Shown: piece after piece, positions 17,089 to 26,159 of the stretch
How positions within the stretch are numbered: the stretch's first letter is position 1
Layout: each line of letters opens with the position of its first letter
Assembly: GCA_964517155.1 (NCBI GenBank)
Contig: CAZFAZ010000059.1
Span: 1 to 48,235 of the forward strand
DNA from: an uncultured Thermoplasmatales archaeon
GTDB lineage: Archaea > Thermoplasmatota > E2 > DHVEG-1
Reading direction: 5' to 3'
Length of the DNA stretch: 48,235 nt
Position numbers and translations under genes: made by a program
Notes under the pieces: generated by a model
What the model was told of the DNA's origin: nothing
Databases searched by the model: none
Seen by the model: only the letters and a program-made list of their open reading frames with translations

Positions 17089-18951
17089 TATTAAAATCTA
17101 ACTTAATAAATTTTACCTACAATACTATAAATAATTTTACCTAAAAGTTTATATATAATAAATCATTATAGGTAATTAAATAGGTAAAATTATTGTCAAG
17201 AGGAGGGTTTTCCTTGACTGGAGATTTTCCGAATGCAATCGAGCAAACAAAATAACTCCAAAGAAAAAATAGAATCGGAGATATATAGCACATTCGAACA
17301 ATTCAAAAAAGAAAAAAACATAAAGATAGTTGATTATCTAAACATATTTGATGTAAAACTGTTAAAAAACAGGAACTATAGATCAATTGACTATACTTAT
17401 GAATCTTTCATTAAACTTATTTTATTTCAACAGCTAAAAGGAATAAGGTTTCAAACAGAACTCGTAGCATATCTAAAAAGACACCCGAGTGAAAAATATG
17501 CACTTGGTTTTAGCAAAACACCTAACCAAAGGACAATTAGTAAATTCATATGTAGAATTATTGACAAGGATACAAAGAAACTCATGAAACATACAGCAAA
17601 AAAGATAGAAGTGATTTCTGAGAAATTTGGAATACTTCTTGATGTAAAAACATTTGAACCAAATAAAATAACTAAAAAAACAAAGATTAGAAACCAGTAT
17701 TTACAAAAAAATGATAAAACAAAAGAAATTTGTAAACTTCTCAAAAAACGATTATCACCTTTTATAAAACTAAACCTAAATCATAACACAGTTTATTCTA
17801 AAAATCAGTTCATAGACCTAATGATCCATATGGGCATGACAAAAGACTTTGCAGAGAACGGATCAAAAACTTACAAAGAACTAAGAACAAACATTAGCCC
17901 TAATGCAGATACATTACTTTATCATTTGAAGAACTACAGTGATTTCAGAGAAATACAACAAATGTATCTAACTCTATTTGAAATACTTTGGAACATGACA
18001 AAACAAACCAACATCATAGATGTTCATAAGCGATATGATGTGGCAATAGATTATACTGAATGGTATTTCTATGGAGATAGAAATACTCCTATGGTTGTTG
18101 GTAAAAAACCAGATCATGGAACCACGAAATGCTACAAATTTGCTACTATCAACATAGTTGAATCAGGAAAACGATTTACTCTTCTTGCTTTACCTGTTGG
18201 TCCATTTGATAGTAAAAAACAGATTCTAAAGAAACTTCTTAGTTTTACTCAACAAAGGATAAAAATAAATCAAATATACGCTGACCGTGGATTTTTTGAC
18301 TCAAATTCGATTAATATTTTCAAGAGTTTTAGGCTTAAATTTCTTATTCCTTGTTCTGCAAATTCAAGAATTAAGAAACTTTTAGAAATTATGCCTACAT
18401 CAACTGTGGTAAATGATTATGAGATGGAAAACAGTGTTTTTAACGTAGTAATTGTGAATGACGAAGACGGAAACAAGCGAGCATTTGCCACTAATGAAAT
18501 ATTTGATGAAAACGATGTAAATCTTGCTGAAAGACTATTTCTTTTGTATGGTAAACGTTGGGGTATTGAAACAAGTTATCGTATTAAAAAACATTCATTC
18601 TTGCCTAAAACTACATCTAAGAATTATCAAATACGGATTTTTTATTTCTTATTTTCAGTTTTATTGTATAATCTTTGGTTACTCGCTGATATAATGATTT
18701 GGCTTGCATTATTTGGATGTGTAAAAGAAGATCATTTGATTACTTCGAAGTATTTTGGAACTGTTTTGTATACTATTGATCCAGGAGGTGGATAGCAAGT
18801 ATGTTCTCTGGTCTTTTATTCAATCTTTTTTTAGTTTAGAGTAGATTTTTATCTTGATTTTTTGTTGATTTTAAGGAGTAATTAATCATTTTTCTCCTAT
18901 TTTTATCACTGATTTACTCCTATAAAATTACAGTATTGTTAGATTTTTATA
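17089..18951 (+). mobile_element. IS4-family insertion sequence (about 1.86 kb) with imperfect terminal inverted repeats
   Basis: Left end TATTAAAATCTAAC...AATACTATAA matches the reverse complement of the right end, TATAAAAATCTAACAATACTGTAA. The left copy carries an extra roughly 18 nt. A single DDE transposase ORF lies inside. No clear target-site duplication seen. Confidence 0.55.
17233..18795 (+). CDS. IS4-family DDE transposase
   Basis: C-terminal YGKRWGIETSYRIKK fits the IS4 Y-(2)-R-(3)-E-(6)-K signature exactly. An upstream DRGFFD-type aspartate region is present. Confidence 0.85.
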   Translation: MQSSKQNNSKEKIESEIYSTFEQFKKEKNIKIVDYLNIFDVKLLKNRNYRSIDYTYESFIKLILFQQLKGIRFQTELVAYLKRHPSEKYALGFSKTPNQRTISKFICRIIDKDTKKLMKHTAKKIEVISEKFGILLDVKTFEPNKITKKTKIRNQYLQKNDKTKEICKLLKKRLSPFIKLNLNHNTVYSKNQFIDLMIHMGMTKDFAENGSKTYKELRTNISPNADTLLYHLKNYSDFREIQQMYLTLFEILWNMTKQTNIIDVHKRYDVAIDYTEWYFYGDRNTPMVVGKKPDHGTTKCYKFATINIVESGKRFTLLALPVGPFDSKKQILKKLLSFTQQRIKINQIYADRGFFDSNSINIFKSFRLKFLIPCSANSRIKKLLEIMPTSTVVNDYEMENSVFNVVIVNDEDGNKRAFATNEIFDENDVNLAERLFLLYGKRWGIETSYRIKKHSFLPKTTSKNYQIRIFYFLFSVLLYNLWLLADIMIWLALFGCVKEDHLITSKYFGTVLYTIDPGGG

Positions 18952-19034
18952 GAATATCGGCTTTTTAAATCTACTTTCGGAGGTACTGAATATGAGTTAA
19001 CATTTAAATATGGGTTTAGTATTTAGCCACTTTC

Positions 19035-19199
19035 ATGGATAAAGCAGAAAAATGTATATCTTGTGGAAAAGGTCTACTTGCGCGCGGTTCTACAACATTT
19101 AACTGTCCAAATTGTGAAGAAATAATTGGACGATGCAGAAACTGCAGAGAGCAGAGTGTAAAATATACTTGTATGAAATGCGGGTTCATAGGGCCATAA
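19035..19199 (+). CDS. Small zinc-ribbon protein with four C-x-x-C pairs (54 aa)
   Basis: Not in the track. My translation: MDKAEKCISCGKGLLARGSTTFNCPNCEEIIGRCRNCREQSVKYTCMKCGFIGP. It ends 21 nt before aEF-1beta, an arrangement widely conserved in archaea. The antisense track ORF 19016..19219 is rejected. Confidence 0.75.
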   Translation: MDKAEKCISCGKGLLARGSTTFNCPNCEEIIGRCRNCREQSVKYTCMKCGFIGP

Positions 19200-19220
19200 A
19201 CAAACAGGAGGAAGAACACT

Positions 19221-19499
19221 ATGGGTGACGTTGTAGGTCTTATTCAAATTATGCCAACTGAGATTTTAGAGGATGCTAAATTAGCTGAGATGATTGAAGA
19301 GATAAAAGCAGTTGTAAAACCTCCAGCAAAAGTTGGTAATATCGAGATTAAAAATATCGCATTTGGTTTAAAGGGAATTAATTTAACAGTGGTAATTCCT
19401 GATAGTTCTGGTACAGGCGGACTTGACCCAATTGCAGAAGAAATATCAAAAATGAAATATATAGAATCTGCAGAAGTAACAGATGTAGGTTTACTTTAA
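19221..19499 (+). CDS. ef1b: Translation elongation factor aEF-1 beta
   Basis: 92 aa. MGDVVGLIQIMPT...IAFGLKGINLTVVIPD...IESAEVTDVGLL matches the archaeal EF-1beta pattern. GGAGGA Shine-Dalgarno upstream. Confidence 0.9.
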   Translation: MGDVVGLIQIMPTEILEDAKLAEMIEEIKAVVKPPAKVGNIEIKNIAFGLKGINLTVVIPDSSGTGGLDPIAEEISKMKYIESAEVTDVGLL

Positions 19500-19534
19500 A
19501 AAAAACAAATTTTTTTAAATATTTTTGAGCAGTT

Positions 19535-20224
19535 TTATGCTGCTCTACCTGGTTTTTTAAGATAATCTGAAAAGTTTTTAGATACTTCAAAGCCTAAATC
19601 TGTTGGGTAATACACAGGATATGCAGAGTTACTTGTGTCGCCGTCTACTAGCTCAGCTAGATACATTTTTTTGATATGCCATTTAACTGTATGATGATTA
19701 AGGTTTAATGCATGTGCGATTTCTAGTAGATGTTTTCCGGGGTGATCTACAAGGTATTGCATTATTTCTTTTGCATTTTTGTTTCTAAGTATTGCTTCGG
19801 CTATTGCTTCTTTTCTTGCATCGGCTCCGCCCTCAACTAGATAATATACCCTTTTTCCGCCGATATCTCTGCTTCTTACAAGGTTTGTTTGCTCTAGTTT
19901 TCTTAGATGCCATGCTGCATTACTTGGTTTTAAATCTAGCTCTCGTGCTATTTCTCTAAGATGTGATCCAGGATATTCTTCGATATATTCATAAAGGTTT
20001 TTTCTAACCTCTGTATTTAGGACATTGTCTTGTGTTACATATTTTATTCCGCCAAACATGAAAAACGAAATTATTAGCGCTATTGCTGCAACGACTATAG
20101 CAATAGATATGCCAATGTTGTCTAAGTTTGGCACAAAATCTTCTGCTACTGCATTTTCTGCAAATATTGTTATAAATATTAAAAACAATGTTAGACTTAG
20201 AATTATTTTTTTAATATGATGCAT
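19535..20224 (-). CDS. Membrane-anchored transcriptional regulator with two ArsR/MarR-like winged-helix domains
   Basis: Two N-terminal hydrophobic segments, then repeats YIEEYPGSHLREIARELDLKPSNAAWHLRKLE and YLVDHPGKHLLEIAHALNLNHHTVKWHIKKM. Confidence 0.7.
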   Translation of the reverse strand: MHHIKKIILSLTLFLIFITIFAENAVAEDFVPNLDNIGISIAIVVAAIALIISFFMFGGIKYVTQDNVLNTEVRKNLYEYIEEYPGSHLREIARELDLKPSNAAWHLRKLEQTNLVRSRDIGGKRVYYLVEGGADARKEAIAEAILRNKNAKEIMQYLVDHPGKHLLEIAHALNLNHHTVKWHIKKMYLAELVDGDTSNSAYPVYYPTDLGFEVSKNFSDYLKKPGRAA

Positions 20225-20352
20225 GTGTCATCCCATCCTTTTTATATTTTTGAGTGCAATTTGTTAATATTTTGTTTATTTAAAAAGTTTTACCTGTTGT
20301 TTTACGGAAAGACTTTTATATATTATATTTTAATATATTAAGTAAAATAAAT

Positions 20353-21186
20353 ATGTGTGTATCTCATATGAAAAAACAAAATAAACCTAAATTTAGAATT
20401 ATATCATACCTACTTTTACTAGGAATATTTATAATAATTATGATAACCCCTGTAACAAACGCAAGTAAAATATTATATGTAGATGACAATGGATTTTTTG
20501 AATATACAAAAATACAAGATGCTATAGATAACACAACAAATGGTGATACAGTCTATGTATACAGCGGAACATACTACGAAAACATTGTAATCAACAAAAC
20601 AATAAATCTTGTAGGAGATAAACAAAAAACAACAATTATAGACGGTAAAGAAAAAGATACAGTGATAAAACTTAATCCTGAATCAAACAACGTAAACATT
20701 ACAGGATTTACAATTCAAAACTCTGGATACGAATATTACAGATCAGGAATCGATATAAATTCAGATAAAAACCACATCGCAGGAAACACAATTAAAGGAT
20801 GCAGATATGGCATATCTTTAGACTTATGGGCACATAACTGCATAGTGAACAATAACACATTTACGCAAAACACATATGGAGTATTCGTCTACTCAGTTAC
20901 ACCAAATAACAATTTGATATATCACAACAATTTTATAGACAACTATCTAGGTGCTTATGACGACTCAAATAGTATTTGGAATCTAAATTCTAAGGGAAAC
21001 TACTGGGATGATTTCAATGGAACAGACGACAATAACGATGGAATAGGAGATACAGCCTACAACATACCTGGCGGTTCTGCAAAAGATCAGTATCCATTAA
21101 TGAAACCAGTTGAAACACCAGGGTTTGAAATACTATTGACAATGATTTCAATACTAGTTATTATTAGGCTAAAAAAGAAAAAATAA
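20353..21186 (+). CDS. Right-handed parallel beta-helix (NosD/PbH1-repeat) surface protein with a PGF-CTERM anchor
   Basis: Signal/transmembrane N-terminus, NosD-like repeats, GNYWDDFNGTDDNNDGIGD motif, and a C-terminal TPGFEILLTMISILVIIRLKKKK (PGF-CTERM pattern). The start could instead be the ATG at 20368. Confidence 0.75.
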   Translation: MCVSHMKKQNKPKFRIISYLLLLGIFIIIMITPVTNASKILYVDDNGFFEYTKIQDAIDNTTNGDTVYVYSGTYYENIVINKTINLVGDKQKTTIIDGKEKDTVIKLNPESNNVNITGFTIQNSGYEYYRSGIDINSDKNHIAGNTIKGCRYGISLDLWAHNCIVNNNTFTQNTYGVFVYSVTPNNNLIYHNNFIDNYLGAYDDSNSIWNLNSKGNYWDDFNGTDDNNDGIGDTAYNIPGGSAKDQYPLMKPVETPGFEILLTMISILVIIRLKKKK

Positions 21187-21191
21187 AAATT

Positions 21192-22904
21192 TTATTTATG
21201 AGCCCTATAGCCAATTAACTCATTGTCTTTTTTCCCAAGTCTTACAAAACCAAAACGTTCAAACTGAACAATTTCACCATCAGAAATATTTTTTACTGAT
21301 TCTTCAGCATAACCTTTCACCGTTTCAAGGCTATCAATATTATAAATTTCTTCATTAAACAATTGATGAGGGACAAAAACATCCATCTTAACAAAACTAT
21401 CTGTAGTCCATTGAATCTTAAGGCTATCTGCTATTAAATTCTCACCAACATATTCTCCATAAACTACACTATTTTTCTTGACTACTTTAACATTATACAA
21501 ATCTTTAAGTCTAAAAATATCACCAATTTTTATTTTTTCAACATCTGATTTAGGAATATAAAACAAATCATGTGCTTTAACTAGTCTACTACCAAGGCCT
21601 TTATCAGAAGGATGAAAATTTATCTCTTTTTGTTTTACAGGAGCATTTTCAACAACAAGTTTTACAGGATCTGGCACAAAAAAATATCTTTTAACAATCG
21701 GATCTAAAATTTTTCTGTTAGCAGATTCAACAAGGCTAAATGTAACTGTAGACTCAACCTTTGAAATACCCTGTGAAAAAACAAACTGTTTAATTGCATC
21801 AGGTAAAATCCCGCGTTTTTTAAGACCACGCAGTGTAGGAAGACGTATATCATCATAGCCCAAGACTGTTTTATTATCAATTAAAGGCTTGATTTTACGT
21901 TTTGAAACTGGCATACCCTCTATATTAAGACGAGCAAACTCCATAAGATGCGGTTTGCGTAAACCAAGAAGATCAAGCAGTTTAAAATAACACTCATCCC
22001 TAAGTTCATATTCTTTAGTTCTAAAAGGATGAGTAACGCCACTGAGACTGTCTTCTACGGCTCCAGCAAAATCATAAGTGGGCCATACACAATATTTATC
22101 ATCTTGTATAGGATGAGTAGTTTTAATTATCCTAAAAAGTGTTGGGTCACGCATAGCAGTATTAACACAACGCATATCACCTTTCATACGAAGAATTGCA
22201 TTCTCCAAACCACCGTTTAACATCTGCTTCCATTTATCTAGATTATCGCCGCAATTAAAATGACGACATTTACATTCACGGCCATTATAACGACATTCTT
22301 TAATTATATCTGGAGAACAAACGCAAACATATGCATCACCCTGTTTAATCAATTGCTCTGCTAGTTTGTAATGTTTCTCAAGATTACTAGAAGTATTATA
22401 TTCTTCATCCCATTCTATACCAAGCCAACGTAAATCTTCTTTTTGTGCATCATAAAACTTAATATCAGCATTATCAGGATTAGTATCATCAAAACGAAGA
22501 ATGAATTTTCCGTCATATATCCTTGCATATTCATGATCTACAATACTTGCTTTTGCATGACCTATATGTAGATAGCCGTTAGGCTCTGGAGGAAAACGAG
22601 TAACAACCTTGCCGGTTTCTGCATTTGGAAGAGGAGGAAGCGAGAAATCTCTTTCTTTTTTTTCTTTTACCAATAATTCTGGTGCAATTTTTTCCAACTC
22701 AGATAACTGTTTATCTGCCGAAATTTTATTAACATCAGATATAACCTGATTTACAATAGGAATTATTTCTTGAGGAGAAAAACCATCTTTTCTTAGCTCA
22801 GCAATAACTTTACCAACAACTGCTTTTGGGTTTGCTTTACCATTAAACTGAACAGCGTTTTGCAGTGCATATTTTTTTGCAACTTGTTTTATTTTTTCAG
22901 ACAT
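21192..22904 (-). CDS. gltX: Glutamyl-tRNA synthetase, archaeal type
   Basis: PEPNGYLHIGHAKA (HIGH motif), MPVSKRK (KMSKS variant), archaeal/eukaryal GlxRS architecture, 570 aa. Confidence 0.93.
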   Translation of the reverse strand: MSEKIKQVAKKYALQNAVQFNGKANPKAVVGKVIAELRKDGFSPQEIIPIVNQVISDVNKISADKQLSELEKIAPELLVKEKKERDFSLPPLPNAETGKVVTRFPPEPNGYLHIGHAKASIVDHEYARIYDGKFILRFDDTNPDNADIKFYDAQKEDLRWLGIEWDEEYNTSSNLEKHYKLAEQLIKQGDAYVCVCSPDIIKECRYNGRECKCRHFNCGDNLDKWKQMLNGGLENAILRMKGDMRCVNTAMRDPTLFRIIKTTHPIQDDKYCVWPTYDFAGAVEDSLSGVTHPFRTKEYELRDECYFKLLDLLGLRKPHLMEFARLNIEGMPVSKRKIKPLIDNKTVLGYDDIRLPTLRGLKKRGILPDAIKQFVFSQGISKVESTVTFSLVESANRKILDPIVKRYFFVPDPVKLVVENAPVKQKEINFHPSDKGLGSRLVKAHDLFYIPKSDVEKIKIGDIFRLKDLYNVKVVKKNSVVYGEYVGENLIADSLKIQWTTDSFVKMDVFVPHQLFNEEIYNIDSLETVKGYAEESVKNISDGEIVQFERFGFVRLGKKDNELIGYRAHK

Positions 22905-22922
22905 TTCTTAAAAAATCTCCTT

Positions 22923-23906
22923 TTATTTATTACGAGTTATTGAATAATCTGCAAGACTTAAAAGTATATTTTTTGCTTCTGAAGCAGGAATAACATTTAA
23001 TGCTTGCTTTGCAGTATTTACAAAAAATATAGCTTTTTGTTTTGCGTAATCTGCAGAACCGATTCTTCTGAATAAATCATAAACTTTTTTGATTTGTTCA
23101 TCTGTTGCATTAAGATTACCAAATATTTTATCAAGACTTTTTTTATCTTCACCTGATGTATTTTTTAGACAATGGCAAGCAATAAGTGTTTTTTTACCGT
23201 TTCGTATATCATTTCCGATATCCTTTCCAAGAGTGTCTAAGTCACTGCTTATATCCAGATAATCATCCCAGATTTGAAAACCTAATCCCAAATTTAAACC
23301 ATATTGACTTAATGCATTTGATTGTTCAGTGTTTGCACCGCCAAATATTGCACCTGCTTCAGCAGCATATTGAAAAAAAACTGCTGTTTTTTTACGTATC
23401 ATCTCAAGATATTCTTCTTCAGAAACCATTTTTCTTTTTTCAAATTCCATGTCAAGTTGTTGACCTTCGGAAATTTCACGTATGCAATCTATAAGACCAT
23501 ATTCAACGTTTTTGAAGATATTTGCATCAACTGTTGTTTTATGAATTGCTTCAAAAGCTTTGGTAAATAACAAATCACCTGCAATTATAGCTGTTGGTTC
23601 ACCATATTTCATATGAACCGCGGGTAAACCCCGCCTCACTTTTGAGTTATCCATTATATCATCATGAACAAGAGTAAAATTATGAGCAAGTTCACAAGCA
23701 ATTGAAAGAGGTATTACTTTTATTACATCACCTTTTACTGCTTCGCAGGAAAGCATTGCAATTACCGGCCTTAATCTTTTTCCACCAGCTAAAGGCAGAT
23801 GCCTCATGGCATCATATAATGTTTCAGGGGAACCACCCTGCATAAATTTTTCTAGTTGAATATTGAAAAAATCTGCTCTTTTTTTCAGTTCAATTTTTAA
23901 ATCCAT
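22923..23906 (-). CDS. idsA: Geranylgeranyl diphosphate synthase (short-chain trans-prenyl diphosphate synthase)
   Basis: First and second Asp-rich motifs LVHDDIMD and QIWDDYLD; GKDIGNDIRNGKKT. Confidence 0.9.
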   Translation of the reverse strand: MDLKIELKKRADFFNIQLEKFMQGGSPETLYDAMRHLPLAGGKRLRPVIAMLSCEAVKGDVIKVIPLSIACELAHNFTLVHDDIMDNSKVRRGLPAVHMKYGEPTAIIAGDLLFTKAFEAIHKTTVDANIFKNVEYGLIDCIREISEGQQLDMEFEKRKMVSEEEYLEMIRKKTAVFFQYAAEAGAIFGGANTEQSNALSQYGLNLGLGFQIWDDYLDISSDLDTLGKDIGNDIRNGKKTLIACHCLKNTSGEDKKSLDKIFGNLNATDEQIKKVYDLFRRIGSADYAKQKAIFFVNTAKQALNVIPASEAKNILLSLADYSITRNK

Positions 23907-24952
23907 AATTGCCCACCAACAATAGTCCAGTCAACCTCAGGCATATTTGATACTTTATCTATGCCAAGAAGATACATCGTTACCCTTAGTTCTTTTACAA
24001 TAGCATCAAGCTCATCAAGAGTTTGTGTTTTTGAAGAAACTGCAGATTCAAGTAATACTCTTGCTATTCCTGCAACATCTGCACCTAACGCAAGGGCTTT
24101 TGCAGCATCCAGCCCATTTCTAATCCCACCTGTTGCAATTATTGGTATTTTCCAGTTTGTTGCATCACCAACATGAAGAATAGAAGTAGGCGTTGGTATT
24201 CCCCAGTTCCAAAATGTTTTTCCGCCACGCTCATGAAGTTTATCATCAATCATTTTAGCTCTATAATGCTCAATTGCAGAAAAACTAGTTCCACTAAGAC
24301 CACCTACATCAATTCCAGAGATTTTTGTTTTAGATAGTTTCTTTGCTACATTATAAGAGATTCCTGCACCTGATTCTTTAACGATAACTGGAATGTCTAA
24401 ATCCTCTGCCAACTGTTTTATAGCATTATAAACGCCTTTTGCGTTGGATTCGCCTTCAGGCATCACTGCTTCCTGTAAAAAATTAAGACAAACTATGAAT
24501 GCATCAGCGTTTATCATGTCTATCATATGCTGAGCATTTTCAATTGTTTTTTCTTTACCCCAAACGACAATCTGTGATGCACCAATGTTTGCAAAACGAA
24601 GAGGAACATCATAGTTTTTAATGATAGAATACGTTTCATGTAAATCTTTTTTTTCAAGTGCTGCCCTCTGAGAGCCTACACCAATGCCAAGCTGGTATTT
24701 CTCTGCAGCAATAGCCAGATTTTCATTTATTTTTTTGGCTTTGCTGTAGCCGCCAGTCATACTTGCAATAATTATTGGTGCTCCAAGTTTTTTATTAAAA
24801 AGTTTTGTAGAAAGATCGATATCTTCTTTGTTAATTTCAGGAAGGGCATTATGAACTAGTTTGACATCATCCCAATAGTTATAATCAGATGATACATTTT
24901 TTTTTAGTGCTACCTGTACATGCTCATCTTTTCTACTCTCAGTTTTATTCAT
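23897..24952 (-). CDS. fni: Isopentenyl-diphosphate delta-isomerase, type 2 (FMN-dependent)
   Basis: TIM-barrel FMN motifs IIASMTGG, VKESGAGIS, GIDVGGLSGTSF, ATGGIRNGLDAAKALALGA. Overlaps idsA by 10 nt. Confidence 0.92.
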   Translation of the reverse strand: MNKTESRKDEHVQVALKKNVSSDYNYWDDVKLVHNALPEINKEDIDLSTKLFNKKLGAPIIIASMTGGYSKAKKINENLAIAAEKYQLGIGVGSQRAALEKKDLHETYSIIKNYDVPLRFANIGASQIVVWGKEKTIENAQHMIDMINADAFIVCLNFLQEAVMPEGESNAKGVYNAIKQLAEDLDIPVIVKESGAGISYNVAKKLSKTKISGIDVGGLSGTSFSAIEHYRAKMIDDKLHERGGKTFWNWGIPTPTSILHVGDATNWKIPIIATGGIRNGLDAAKALALGADVAGIARVLLESAVSSKTQTLDELDAIVKELRVTMYLLGIDKVSNMPEVDWTIVGGQLWI

Positions 24953-25734
24953 TTTATTTTTTCTCCATAAACTATTGTACTTTTTGCTTTTTCTCCAACA
25001 AGTACCTTGTATAATCTATCAGGTTTATTACCATTTACTAAAATAGTTTTTATACCGTTTTTTGAGATTTTTTTAATGGCCTGTATTTTTCCAGCCATAC
25101 CTCCTGTTACATCTGCGTGAGCATCAGCTAATGTTGTAAGGTTTTCAAGTTCTTTTATCGTTGTTTTCTCAATTAATTTTGCTTTTTTATCAATTTTTGG
25201 ATTAGCCGTAAAAATACCATCTTCATCTATTACAAAAACTACTTTTTCAGGTTTGAAATGTTTTGATAAAGCCTGGATTAATAAATCTCCAGAACATATT
25301 GAAAAACCCAGCGTTTTATCTAAAACTACATCTCCAAATGTAACTGGTGTAAAGTTTTTATCAAGATATTCTTCAAAGATTTTATAATCCATTTTATGCA
25401 GTTTATGATTATTTAATTTAACACTTGAATGAGGAGATATTGAAACAGCAGGTATATCATGATTTTGTAAAGATTTTAAAACTAGTGAATTTAATGTTTG
25501 TACTTTTTCATGAGTAAGTGAAAAACCTTTGATTTGCTCAAGTCTTTTGTAACCTTGGTTTAAATCATATTCCTTTGCAAGTATATGACCAAAAGATCCT
25601 GCACCATGAACAATTATTGTTTTTTTATTTGCTTTTTTTATGTTTTTTGATAGTTTATCCATTATTTCTGTTTTAAAAGTGCATTCTTCGGCTTTATCTG
25701 TAATAACGCTGCCACCAAGTTTTATAATAATCAT
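24949..25734 (-). CDS. Isopentenyl phosphate kinase (amino-acid-kinase fold)
   Basis: IIKLGGSVITDK and VHGAGSFGH motifs. ATGA overlap with fni. Operon context with fni and idsA. Confidence 0.88.
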   Translation of the reverse strand: MIIIKLGGSVITDKAEECTFKTEIMDKLSKNIKKANKKTIIVHGAGSFGHILAKEYDLNQGYKRLEQIKGFSLTHEKVQTLNSLVLKSLQNHDIPAVSISPHSSVKLNNHKLHKMDYKIFEEYLDKNFTPVTFGDVVLDKTLGFSICSGDLLIQALSKHFKPEKVVFVIDEDGIFTANPKIDKKAKLIEKTTIKELENLTTLADAHADVTGGMAGKIQAIKKISKNGIKTILVNGNKPDRLYKVLVGEKAKSTIVYGEKIK

Positions 25735-25778
25735 ATTCTGCGAAATAAAATCAAAGTATAAAAAGAGTTTACATAACT

Positions 25779-26039
25779 TTATCGTCTTTTCACGGTCATC
25801 ATAGTTTTATCTTTGTTTTGCTCATGTATAAGCCAGAGCCCTATTGGCATACCTTTATATGGATCTTGCATAGTAGTTTTTGTTAAACATTTTATTTCTT
25901 CAAGTTTATGCCTATCACTACATTCACCACATACAAAAAGTTCATCTTTGAATACTAAACCAGATGGATTTTCATGAAGACTAAATTTTCTACTGCAGAC
26001 ACTACATATCTTTTCTGGCAATTTTCCACCCCTATACAC
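25779..26039 (-). CDS. Small hypothetical zinc-ribbon protein
   Basis: CSVCSRKF...CGECSD (two C-x-x-C pairs). GTG start. Same strand as the isoprenoid operon, 44 nt upstream. Confidence 0.45.
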   Translation of the reverse strand: MYRGGKLPEKICSVCSRKFSLHENPSGLVFKDELFVCGECSDRHKLEEIKCLTKTTMQDPYKGMPIGLWLIHEQNKDKTMMTVKRR

Positions 26040-26159
26040 GAAACTTATTTTACTATTTTAATGTATATCTTTTAAACATTTATAAATGCACTCATTAAAA
26101 ATGAAATGTTTTATAAGATTGAGGCGTATTTACATATTTAAAAGGTGGCAGGAGAAAGG

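Noticed and set aside
19016-19219. Track ORF on the minus strand (67 aa)
   Set aside because: It is antisense to a plus-strand 54-aa ORF with four CxxC pairs, in the conserved position upstream of aEF-1beta. The plus-strand reading is far more plausible.
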